Source: the human T2T-CHM13v2.0 reference genome, Homo sapiens | Length of the DNA: 64,000 nucleotides | Reading direction: 5' to 3' (one strand) | NCBI RefSeq assembly: GCF_009914755.1 | Contig: NC_060939.1 | Shown here: one piece after another, positions 48,801 to 64,000 of the stretch | Position numbering within the stretch: the stretch's first letter is position 1 | How the letters are laid out: the number at the start of each line of letters is the position of its first letter | Notes under the pieces: generated by a model | What the model was told of the DNA's origin: nothing | The model's input: the letters and a program-made list of their open reading frames with translations, nothing else | Databases searched by the model: none | Program-made: the position numbers and the translations under genes

Positions 48801-48986
48801 CGGCGAGACTCTGTGGGCGTGGGACCCTCTGAGCCAGGTGCGGGATATAATCTCCTGGTGCGCCGTTTTTTAAGCCCGTCAGAAAAGCGCAGTATTCAGG
48901 TGGGAGTGACCCAATTTTCCAGGTGCCGTCTGTCACCCCTTTCTTTGACTAGGAAAGGGAACTCCCTGACCCCTTGCGCTTCCTGA
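48732..48986 (+). CDS. LINE-1 ORF0-like open frame, 84 aa, antisense to the L1 and sense to NEO1
   Basis: gcaATGG context; MAGAPPQALLLPCSLVSDCCASKRRDSVGVGPSEPGAGYNLLVRRFLSPSEKRSIQVGVTQFSR... is homologous to L1 ORF0. Expression is unknown. Confidence 0.7.
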   Translation: MAGAPPQALLLPCSLVSDCCASKRRDSVGVGPSEPGAGYNLLVRRFLSPSEKRSIQVGVTQFSRCRLSPLSLTRKGNSLTPCAS

Positions 48987-49144
48987 GTGAGGCAATGCCT
49001 CACCCTGCTTCGGCTCGCGCACGGTGCGCTGCACCCACTGACCTGCGCCCACTGTCTGGCACTCCCTAGTGAGATGAACCCGGTACCTCAGATGGAAATG
49101 CAGAAATCACCCATCTTCTGCGTCGCTCACGCTGGGAGCTGTAG

Positions 49145-49510
<366 letters not shown>

Positions 49511-52500
49511 GGTAATTTTTAAATTACCATTTCAATCTCGCTGCTTGTTATTGATCTATTCAGAGTATCTAATTCCTGATTAAAGCTAGGAGGGTTGTAT
49601 TTTTCCAGGAATTTATCCATCCCTTCTAGGTTTTCTAGTTTATGTGCATAAAGGTGTTCATAGTAGTCTTGAATGATCTTTTGTATTTCAGTGGTGTCAG
49701 TTTTAATTATTCCTGTTTCATTTCTTAATGAGATTTTTTGGATTTTCTCTTTTCTTGGTTAATTTTGCTTATGGTCTGTTGGTTTTATTTATCTTTTCGA
49801 AGAACCATAAATAAATTGTTCTTTGATGTAAACCAAAATAAATTTTAATTTATCTTTTGTATTTTTTTGTTTGTTTCAGTTTCATTTAGTTCTGCTCTGA
49901 TCTTGGTACTTTCCTTGCTTCCACCGGGTTTGGGTTTGGTTTGTCCTTATTTCTCTAGTTCCTTGAGGTGTGACCTTAGAATGTCAGTTTGTGCTCTTTC
50001 AGTCTCTGATGTAGGCGTTTAGGGCTATGAACTTTCCTTTTAGCACTCCCTTTGCTGTATCCCAGAGGTCTTGTTAGATTGTGTCATTATTGTCATTCAG
50101 TTTGAAGAATTTTAAAATTTCCATCTTGATTTCGCTTTTGAACCAAAGCAGGTTTTGAACCTGCTCTTTCAGGAGCAGGTTATTTAATTTCCATGTATTT
50201 GCATGGCTTTGAAGGTTCCTTTTGAAGTTGATTTCCAGTTTTATTCCACTGTGGTCTGAGAGAGTGCTTGATATAATTTCAGTTTTCTTAGATTTATTGA
50301 GGCTCACTTTATGGCCTATCATGGAGAAAGTTCCATGCCCTGTTGAATAGAATGTGTATTCTGTGGTTGTTGGATGAAATGTTCTGTATATATCTGTTAA
50401 GTCCATTTGTTCCAAGGTATAGTTTAAATCTATTGTTTCTTTGTTGACTTTCTGTCTTGATGACCCATCTAGTGCTGTCAGTGGAGTATTGAAGTCCCCC
50501 ACTATTATTTTGTTGCTGTCTATCACATTTCTTAGGTCTGTTAGTAATTGTTTTATAAATTTGGGAGCTCCAGTGTTAGGTGCATATATGTTTAGGATTG
50601 TGATATTTTCCTGTTAGACAAGGCCTTTTACCATTATATAATGTCCCTCTTTGTCTCTTTTAACTGCTGTTGCTTTAAAGTTTGTTTTGTCTGATATAAG
50701 AATAGCTACCCCTGCTCGCTTTTGGTGTCCATTTGCATGCAATGCCTTTTTCCACCCCTTTAAGTTCATATGAGTCCTTATGTGTCAGGTGAGTCTCCTG
50801 AAGGCAGCAGATTGTTGGTTGGTGAGTTCTTATCCATTCCGCAGTTGTGTATCTTTTAAGTGGAGCATTTAGGCCATTTACATTCAGTGTTCATATTGAG
50901 ATGTGAGGTACCATTACATGCATCGTGCTATTTGTTGCCAGTGTACCTTGGTTTTTTGTTTTTTGTTTTTGCTTTTTAACTTGTATTTTTGTTTTATAGA
51001 TCTTGTGTGATTTATGCTTTAAAGACGTTCTGCTTTGATGTGTTTCCAGGATTTGATTCAAGATGTAGAGCTCCTTTTAGCGGTCTCGTAGAGGTGGCTT
51101 GGGTAGTGGTGAGTTCTTTCAGCATTTGCTTGTCTGGAAAAGACTGTATCTTTCCTTCATATATGATGCTTAGTTTCACTGGATACAAAATTCTTGGCTG
51201 ATAATTGTTATGTTTGAGGAGGCTGAAGATAGGGCCCCAATCCCTTCTAGCTTCTAGGGTTTCTGCTGAGAAATCTTCTGTTAATCTGATAGGTTTTCCT
51301 TTGTAGGTTACCTGGTGCTTCTGTCTCACAGCTCTTAAGATTCTTTCCTTAGTCTTAACTGTAGATAAGTTAAGCACACTGATGACAGTGTGCTTAGGTG
51401 ATGATCTTTTTGCAATGAATTTCCCAGGTGTTTTTTGTGCTTCTTGTATTTGGATGTCTAGGTCTCTAGTAAGGCCAAAGAAGTTTCCCTCGAACATTTT
51501 CCAAATATGTTTTCCAAACTTTCAGATTTCTCTTCTTCCTCAGGAACACCAATTATTCTTAGGTTTGGTTGTTTAACATAATCCCAGACTTCCTGGAGGC
51601 TTTGTTCATATTTTCTTATTCTTTTTTCTTTGTCTTTGTTGGATTGGGTTAATTGGAAGACCTTGTCTTTGAGCTCTCAATTTCTTTCTTCTACTTGTTC
51701 GATTCTATTGCTGAGACTTTCCAGAGCATTTTGCATTTCTATAAGTGTGTCCAATGTTTCCAGAATTTTTTGTTTTTTCTTTATGCTATCTCCTTGAATA
51801 TTTCTCTCTTCACTTCTTGTATCATTTTTTGGATTTCCTTGCATTGAGCTTCACCTTTCTCTGGTGCCTCCCTGATTAACTTAATTAACCTCCTGCATTC
51901 TTTTTCAGGTAAATAGGGATTTCTTCTTGGTTTGGATCCACTGCTGGTGAACTAGTATGATTTTTTGGGGGGGGTGTTAAAGAGCCTAGTTTTGTCGTAT
52001 TACCAGAGTTGGTTTTCTGGTTCCATCTCATTTGGGTAGGTTCTGTCAGAGGGAACATCTAGAGCTGAAGGTTGTTGTTCAGGTACTTTGGTCCCATGGG
52101 GTGTTCCCTTGATGTAGTCTCTCCCCCTTTTCCTATGGATGTGGCTTCCTGAGAGCCAGGCTGCAGTGATTGTTACCTCTTTTCTGGGTCTAGCCACCCA
52201 GCAAGTCTATCCAGCTCCAGGCTGGTACTGGGGGTTGTCTGCACAGAGTCCTGTGATGTGAACCGTCTATGGGTTTCTCAGCTGCGGATACCAGCACCTG
52301 TTCCAGTGGAGGTGGCAGGGGGGTGAAATGGACTCTGTGAGAGTTCTTAGCTTTGGTGGTTTAATGCTCTATTTTTGTGCTGGTTGCCCTCCTGCTGGGA
52401 GTTTGTACTTTCCAGAGAGCATCAGCTGTGGTAGTATAGAGAGGAACCAGAGGTGCGCGGGGTCCTAGAACTTCCAAGATTATATACCCTTGTCTTCAGC

Positions 52501-54305
52501 TACCAGAGTGAGTAGGAAAGGACCATCAGGAGGGGGCGGGGCTAGATGGTGTCTGAGCTCAGACTCTCCTTGGGCGCGTCTCCCTGCGGCTGCTGTGGAG
52601 GATGGGGGTGAGTTAATGGAGTTGTGTACCTAGGAGCATTATGGCTGCCTCTGCTGAGTCATGCAGGTTGTCAGGGAAGTGGTGGAAAGCCGCAGTCACA
52701 GGCCTCACCCAGCTCCCACGCAAACCAAAGGGCCAGTCTCATTCTCACTGTGCCCCATCTAACAGCCCCGAGTCTGCCAGCAGTTGGGGAGCCAGGCTTG
52801 AGAACTTGCCCCAGGCTGCCTGCCTCCCAGCTGTGAAAGAAAAGGGCTTGATTCTTCCCCAGCCTGTGGAGTCTGCACACCTGATTCGCACCCTTTCCCG
52901 AGTTCTGGCCAGGAGGGTTCTCCCCAGCTTCAAATTGTTACAAAGTTCAGCTGGAGATTTCCTTCTCCCTGTGGTGTTTTTCCCCACACTCCTCCGGTTG
53001 CCCTCCCAAAGGATCCCTGTGGTGCCAGTTAGGAATGGCCTGCCTGGGGACCTAGTGAGCTCCCGGGGCCTTTCTCGCTGCTTCCTCTACCCCTGTATTT
53101 TGCTTGGCTCGCTAAATTGACTCAGCTCCAGGTAAGGTCGGAAACTTCTCCCTCAAACAACCTTCAGTTTCTCCAGTGGGGATGTGTGTTCAGGAGAGGA
53201 GAATCTCCCTTTCCCACTTCCACAGTTGGGGCACTTGGGGCACTCACAGTATTTGGGGTGTCTCCCAGGTCCTGCATGAGCAATCCACTGCCTTCAGAAT
53301 CCACTTCCTGTGGGTCCTCTCGGGATTTCTGGTTTGTTCTTGCAGTCAATCTGGAGCTTAAATTCACAGTGCAAGCCTCCGCACACTGCTCTGTCCGTCC
53401 AAGTCGGAGCTGCAGTCTAGTCCTGCCTCTCCCGTCTGCCATGGTGATCCAAAGAATGCCTGCATGGGCTCTTTTAAAGCGGCTCTCTGCTAGACAGTAT
53501 CTCAGGAAGCATTTAATTCAGGGATGGATCCCCAGACTGGATTACTGTTTGGGGAAATAGGGATTTCATGATCAAATAAGAATGAGAAATGCTAGGTTAA
53601 CAAACAGAAGAGGTGCTAGGAGTCATTAACATACTAATATGCATGGCAAATCTCTACAATCTCCCAAATTTGATTGTTGTTCTCTTTTTTATTTTACGGT
53701 ATATGTGTTAACATTTCCCAAAAGTAATATTCTGTGGAAGTATACTTTTGTTCACACTGTTACTATGTTTGGAGTAATAAGCACCATGTAAATCTGACTC
53801 CGTTCTGAATAATGAATTCTGAATAATGTTAGAGTGAACATTCCTGGGAAATAACAATTTAGTAGATTCCTAATGAAGGGCCAGAGAGAAAGAATATTTC
53901 CCATGATACTTTCCTACCTTTCAAATGAGCTTAGAAATTTTTAAAGAAATTTCAAAACTATTTTCAAAGAAAGGTTATGAAAAAGGAACAAAATTTGGAT
54001 TCCAAAAAGAAAATGTAAATGTACCTACTCACAGCTGTAGTTGGTGTGAGTGGGCGTCAAATTAGGATAACTGGGGATCTGCTTAACCAAGGGTGCAACA
54101 TGCCTAGTGCAGAATTTAATGATCTCCACCTTCAGAAACTTTCAAATACATGTATTGGTTAAACTAATAATTATAGACTGTTACTAAGTGACACTTTATC
54201 AGTCACAAATCTAATGTATTGAAACTGGAACCGTCAACCACAGCATAGCTAGATTTTGAAAGTTAATTCTCAGAAATATTAGGAGCAGCTCTGATGACTT
54301 ACTCA

Positions 54306-54645
<340 letters not shown>

Positions 54646-55399
54646 TTAGGAACTTCCACGGAACAATTCAATTTCTGCTACTTACAACCCTGTGCAGGCC
54701 CTTAGGTTTCAGCGACTGGGCCAGTGTGAAGCTGCTGCCAAGCATTTGAGCAGCAGGTCAGAGCGGACAGCAATGCTCACATTTGAAAATGTAATACCTT
54801 TTCTCAAATAGATTTCCCAGTGGCCTTTGGCTTGATTCAGATTTACATGGTGTTTACATACTGTTCTAAACATAGTAGCAGTATGAACAAAGGTATAAAA
54901 GCTGTAAAGTTCCTTCTTGTTAAGTAACCAAGCAAATCAAGAGCACATCCTGTTTAGGAAATAAGCCTAGAAAGCGAGGATGGGACCAGTCTGGAGGACT
55001 TTGAACACTGTCCTGAGATGTTTAGACTTATTCTGGAGGCTGTTTGGTACAGTTACAATGGGTGAACTTTATGGTATGTAAATCATACTTCAGTAAAGCT
55101 GTTGAAAGAAAGACTGGATAGTTGAAACTATTAAACATCCTTTTTTTTCCTAGTGTAAAACAGCAATAGTTACACAGTCCTAGGACATTTCTTTTGCTCA
55201 AAACACCTGAGCTTAAAATCTGTCTGAAGTCTTCATAAAATTAAAGTGTCCAGAAATTATCAAAGACTTTTATAAATGCCAACCAGTCATCAAGGGCCCA
55301 AAGCAAACATGAAAAATACAGATCTGTAGGCCACATGTAGTAAAAACCTTTGTTTCTTAGAGTCAGGCTGGTTGCTTTCCCTTCTGCCACCAGAGTAGT

Positions 55400-58505
<3,106 letters not shown>

Positions 58506-58507
58506 AG

Positions 58508-59058
58508 CCTCCTGTTTGTCTGGGGCCTGCTTCCTCTTGCTATAAAAGTAGTAAACAGGTCACATGTGGTGGCTCCTGCCTGTAATCCCAGCACTTTTGA
58601 GAGGCCGAAGTGGGTGGATTGCATGAGCTCAGGAGTTCAAGACCAGCCTGGGCAACATGGTGAAACCCCATCTCTACTAAAAGTACAAAAAATTAGCCAG
58701 GCGTGGATGTGCATGCCTGTGGTCCTAGCTGCTCAGGGAGGCTGAGGTGAGCCTGAGAGGCGGAGGCTGCAGTGAGCCATGATTGTGCCACTGCACTCCA
58801 GCCTGGGTGATAGAGCAAGACCCTGAATATGCAGGCATCCATCCTGGCCCCTCCGTATTGCCTTCATGGGACTTTGGGGGCATGGGAAACTGACCAAAAC
58901 AAACGAGAAACTCTAGCTGCCTCCACTGCCATGAGTAATAAAGTTCTTTGTCTCTGATGCAGCACTTGTACCATCTGCCAGCACCCATGAATCAGTAATA
59001 AGCTAACTTGTTAGCTTATCAATAAGGTAAACTCTCAGATCCTGCTTAGTTCCTGACA
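58508..59058 (+). mobile_element. Probable ERV LTR 3' part, containing an Alu
   Basis: TATAAAA box, later AATAAA near 58937, terminus ...agttcctgaca. Confidence 0.5.
58558..58825 (+). mobile_element. Alu with internal deletion and no A tail
   Basis: Dimer lacking part of the right arm; ends gcaagaccctg. Confidence 0.85.
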
Positions 59059-59059
59059 G

Positions 59060-60190
59060 TTTCTTTAGTTCTTAGAATATATTTAAATAGCCACTTTGAA
59101 GTCTTTGTTAAATCCAGTATCTGAGGACATTCCAAGAAAGACATTTTGTAATGACTGCCTTTGTAATGACTGCCTTTTTTACCCCTTGATTATGAGTCAC
59201 ACTTTATTTCTTTGCATGTCTCTTCACTTTTGTTGAATATTGGATATTTTGGATAATAAATTGTAGCAACTGTGGATTCTGACTCTTCCTCCCACCCCCT
59301 AGCAGTTTTTCTTGTTTTGTTTGTTTAATAACTTGCCTGTACTAAATCTGTGATTTCTGCCTCTCCCAGGGTGTGCAACCACAGATGTTTTTGTTTAGTA
59401 TTTAGTTTTGATTATCTTTTTATTTGCATTTTCTAAAAGTCTCTGTTTAGATTTTGCCCTGTGTCTGTATAGATTAGTGCTGAACCAAAGATTAGTCAGC
59501 AGTTATGCTCAAATACCTCAAGCCAATAAGCCTACCACTTTGAGCTGATGGGTCTTTGTGTGGTTTGGGGAGTGCATTCAAAATCTGGATTATTTTTTAG
59601 TTTGCCCAGCCTTTGCTTTCTACCGGGCTCTCTCAGTTGTCTTGTGAACACACACACACAGGTTTCATCTGCCGGGGGTGTGTGAGTGGCTTGGGCCTGC
59701 TGCAGTCCCTAGGGTACATACACATGGCCTTCAGTCAACCTAGGATATGTGCAGAGGTTACCAAGCCTTCTCACCACTTTCTCACCTCATGGAATACCTT
59801 GTTCCATGGCTAGTCTACCATCCATTGCTTGCCTCAATGAGATACAACCTCAGGCCAGCAGAGCACTGGCCCTTCCTATTCACTTGCCACCAGGATTGCT
59901 CCTCTAATTGACAACACTCCATATCAAATGAGCTCTTCTGGCAACAGCAGCAAAGCCACTGGTTTGTAGGGCCTGCGCTAGCCTGGTTGAACAATCACTC
60001 TAGCAGAGCTAGAGGGGGATGCCTCAGACACTGTTTGTGTGTGAAGTCTGGTAATTTTCATGAACAGATGCTTCTCAGCTTGTTATATGTCTTTGGTCAG
60101 TTTCCAGTTTTTGACAGTTTTTTTCCGCTTTATAGTTGCTTTGGGGGAAGAGGATTTGTCAGTCTCAAACCATCATGCCAGGAGTCTAAA
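59060..60190 (-). mobile_element. Probable old L1M 5'-region
   Basis: T-rich text resembling 31800-32900 and L1M 5' ends. Confidence 0.4.
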
Positions 60191-61014
60191 GTCCCAATCT
60201 ACATCATCTTGCCATTGATGCTAGTGTAACTTAACTGCCTGTTTGATACTCTGTGATAACATAAGTTGCTTTCTCTTACCTGCTCAGCTAGGATATGGAA
60301 CAGCAGCAATAGAATCAACCTGGGGAAAGCTGATAGAGAACACTGGGGCCACAGTGGGCATGGATTTTTCCCATGGTTAATTAGGAATGATTTACAATGA
60401 TCAGGCATTTTTTATACTTTTATTCCCTGTATAACTAATAAAACATTTGCTTTACAAATGGTATATCATTATATAAATGTTATTTATATACACTTTGTGT
60501 CAACCAAAGAGATTAAAATATTGCCTTTTGTAATGAGATTCTAGAAACATTGTCTTCATCGTACTCATGTTCTCCCTGAATTTCCTTCCATTTATTAATT
60601 CAATAAATGTACACTTGGTTATCTAAAGTATACAGAGGCATGTTGAGTGATTCCCAGATGAAATTGATACATATTTTGTCCTTAAGGAGCTTATAGATTC
60701 GTGGAAGTAATACAATGTAAACATGAAAAATGGAAATAGGGTGTGCTGGATGCCGTTAAAGAGTTATAGATCTGTGCTATGGAAGTTCAGTAGGGTAACT
60801 GAGTTTTCCCTATCTAAGTGATTCTGTTATCACTCATTACTCCCATCACCTCGTCCTCCCTGCTTGCATTCCCTCCCCAGCTGCTTTCCTACTGAAATCC
60901 TTATGTTGTTACTCATTCAAGCTAGTCATAGTAAATAACATGTACGCAGAGCTTCCACATGCACTTTTCTTGTTTGGTATTTGTCTGGTTCATATCAGCT
61001 TGGGGTTTAGGTAG

Positions 61015-61150
61015 GGAGCATTATTATTCCTAATTTACAGATAAGGAAACTGACATCAGAGTGATTTACCCAACCTCGCATATTAGAAGAGTCAAGTTTT
61101 GAACATAAGTCTTTGTACTCGAAGTCCTGGGCTCTTTCCGGTATGCTCTG
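61015..61150. mobile_element. MIR relic
   Basis: MIR core: ttattattcctaatttacagataaggaaactga...gtgatttaccc. Confidence 0.65.
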
Positions 61151-61979
61151 CTGCCTCTCACACAGCAAACTTTCTCTCCTCTCTAGCCAGTAGATAGTTG
61201 GGAAGAATTAAGTTTGGTGAGTTGGGTCAGAATTGGAGGCAGCTTAGTGTGTTTCTAGATGGACATGCAAATGAGGCTGCAAAGCAAGACTGTTCAGGCT
61301 ACTTTTTGAATCATTTCCCAATAAGGGTTTTTAATGACTTTTAATTTTACAATAATCGGAGATCCATATTTTCATTTGCATCTCATTTATTCCATAGGTG
61401 TTGAATTGTGACTTTAAACACAGCATATTCAAAACCAAATTCATAATCTCCCCCTCAATCTGTTGTCTTCTCTGTTAATGACACCTCAGGCTCCACAGTC
61501 TCCTAAGCTAGTAACTTGGAAGTCTTTGACTCCTTCCTAACCTTTATCTCAGCATCTAATCCTATCGTTTCCAGCCTACCTCATAGGGTTATTGTGTGAG
61601 TAAACTGACAAAATATATAAAGACAAACTCTGAAAGCTGTGAATGAGAGGTATTTATTTCCTCTAAGGCAGTGCATCTGTTGATGTGTACAGTACTACAA
61701 GGCCTCAGCAACCATTCAGAGTTAATGTTTTGTAGTGTTGACACTTGCTTTAGTGAAGCATGTACTTAACGTCGGGGCTAAAACTGCATTATCTTACATT
61801 CTTATAACAATCTGCACTCTTAAAAGCACTACCAAGGGAGGAGAAAAAAAAAGGGAGCATGAGAGAGAACAAGGCTCTCTTTTGTGATTTGCACAAGAAC
61901 TGGAAGTCAAGTTTTCAGACTCTGCTTGGCTATATCCAGAGGTCTTTTAAACTGAAAACCAAAGTTGATTTTATTAATA

Positions 61980-62150
61980 CCACTCCACCACTCATTCTCT
62001 GTGACCTAGGGCAAGTGATTTAGCAATGTCAGTCTCTACATATAAGTTAGAGATAATGATTGTACCTATTTTATAGAGCTGCTGTAAGGATTGAATGATC
62101 TATATAGAGAGCCAGAGTGCCATATGTAAGGTATTCAAGAAGTGGTAGCT
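61980..62150. mobile_element. MIR relic, opposite orientation
   Basis: ctgtgacctagggcaagtgattta...gataatgattgtaccta...tgtaaggatt. Confidence 0.6.
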
Positions 62151-63394
62151 ATTGGATTACTCTTCTCCCTTTCCACCTATCTAGAGATTTTAGGTTGGTC
62201 CTCCTTTGCCATTTCCCTGAGATAGATAATTTATTTCACGTGGCGTATTTATTTAGACTGCATCACATTACACTCTCGCAGTTCACAGACATTTCCAGGA
62301 GGTTGTTGCTCCACCACTTCATTCAAAACTAGGTTCACGGTTTTCATGTTTTCCTCTCTACATCTCTCCTACTAATTTCCCTTTTAATGTTCGAACATGA
62401 TTCTGATGAAGTCTTTCAGTTAAAAATTGTGAGATTAAACTTGTACTCTCTAACTCCGAAGTGAAAGAGATTTTAGGTTCAATATTAGGAATAAAATTCT
62501 ACTATCAGGACTGTTGTTTTTGTTTTTCATCAGTAGAATGGGCTGCCTTGGAAGTTATGAAGTTACCCATGGCTACCGCTATACAAAAGTGGCTTTTGAC
62601 TAGCAGCTTTGCCTCGCCACTGCTTCCTTTCTCCCATCCAGTCCTTGAGGTCTGCAAGCTGTTTCAGTATACATCGCAGTGAAGAGTGTAACAAACAGAT
62701 TAGCTACCTGACTTGCAATTTTTTGGCTTTGGAATTTTTGGTTCAGGATTTTATACTGTCCTAGCTAAATGAATTGACAAAACAGCAAGGTATAACTTAC
62801 AATGAAGAAGTTTATCAACCTTCCCCCGCAGGATTACCAAATACAGAGGTGCAGGGTTTAATATTAGACTAAAGTTGAAGATGTGGCCCTCAATTCTCCT
62901 GCAAAGGAGCTCTGCAGTGAAGTCACAATAGCCATGAGCCTCTCAGTGTAACTAGGGTCATCCATACTATTCCATATGTTAAAGTAGAAGAAAATAGTGA
63001 AGTCTTGTCATTTGCAAGACTTTTATGCAAAGTTTGACAGATGTTGCATGCTGCTTTCAGGATTAAGAAAATTACATGGGCACTGCTGTGCCTTCTGTGA
63101 GAAGTTTTATTCTCAGCTGTCACCCTCCTTGTCCCTTGCCCATAACCATTATAGTGGCCAGAAAGTCTGCTTGCTCTACAGTGATGTGTTTTGAATAGTG
63201 CCCATTAGTTTTCAGTAGTTACCCTGGCCTGCATGTTAGCCTTCAGTTTAATGGCCTTTTTTATGTTCATTCATTTTATTTTATTTCCCATCGTGGTTTT
63301 GTTTATTTCTTTTTTGTTTTTTGTTTTTTCTGTTCTCTTTTTTAAAACCGTCGTGGTTTGCCCTTCATATTCCCCAATGTTTGCACATGACAAG

Positions 63395-63454
63395 ATGTTG
63401 CCATCCCAACATTACCTCCCACTTCACTGACCAGTGCCACTACTGACCATCTAG
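63395..63454 (+). CDS. NEO1: Alternative 5' extension of the same exon (upstream acceptor), +20 aa [20 protein letters not shown]
   Basis: caag|AT at 63394/63395, exactly 60 nt upstream and stop-free in frame. The peptide matches my recollection of the long mouse neogenin isoform. Confidence 0.8.
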
Positions 63455-63614
63455 CACCAGCCACAACGGGACCACTGCCTTCAGCTCCTCGGGATGTCGT
63501 GGCCTCCCTGGTCTCTACCCGCTTCATCAAATTGACGTGGCGGACACCTGCATCAGATCCTCACGGAGACAACCTTACCTACTCTGTGTTCTACACCAAG
63601 GAAGGGATTGCTAG
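63455..63614 (+). CDS. NEO1: Neogenin coding exon (probably exon 8), short form: linker and start of FN3 domain 1
   Basis: Acceptor ctag|CA and donor AG|gtaagt. 160 nt, phase 1 to phase 2. Translates [53 protein letters not shown](R), continuing the frame from 5713. Confidence 0.95.
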
Positions 63615-64000
63615 GTAAGTGCCTGTGTGTCTGCAGCCAGTTGGCTGCCTCTTGGTCACGGCAGCCTTGTCATGCTCACCCTGGCTCTTGGTATCTGTAC
63701 CAACTTTTAGTCCAGAAAATAAGATCACTGAGATGCACCTTCCCTAATTTTAGGTCATTAAATAAACTCCCAAACAGACTAAAGTCCTGGTAGTCTCTCC
63801 TTTTCTGGGATGACTTAGGGAGAGGGTAGATACAGCTATTGAGGTGGACGTATTTAAATGTAAGAAGGAGTGCCCTTTTTTCATAAGATTCAGTCAGTAT
63901 AAATTCTAGAGATTAAGGTAGACTTAATTTATTAAAGTAAACTTAAATGAATATTTGCCACACCCTTATGTGGTGTGGGCTGCGGAGCTCCAGGGGTTCT

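Noticed and set aside
63342-63530. Antisense ORF over the NEO1 exon
   Set aside because: Short shadow frame of the real exon with no independent support.

Overview
Primate (human or other ape) genomic DNA from inside the neogenin gene NEO1, on the + strand. Three coding exons are present. 3689-3843 and 5593-5713 together encode Ig-like domain 4. The exon at 63395/63455-63614 encodes the Ig4-FN1 linker and the start of FN3 repeat 1, and has two in-frame acceptors 60 nt apart. The rest is intron, mostly one of about 57.7 kb filled with Alus, old L1s, MaLR/ERV LTRs, DNA-transposon relics and a U6 pseudogene fragment. The main structure is a nest. A full-length L1PB (about 40302-53461, minus) contains a full-length L1PA3-type element (about 43042-49184, minus) and an AluY inserted at the same target site. 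The best candidate for new biology is that the inner L1's antisense promoter points along NEO1. Its ORF0 is open, and its first ORF0 splice donor is phase 1, so it would join the next NEO1 exon in frame (a predicted ORF0-NEO1 fusion; inference only, no expression evidence). TSDs also define two L1 3' transductions and an orphan polyadenylated retro-insert. There is no prokaryotic-type system, CRISPR array or new stand-alone gene. Repeat subfamily names and exon numbers are from recognition, not from a database run, and boundaries of old repeats are approximate.
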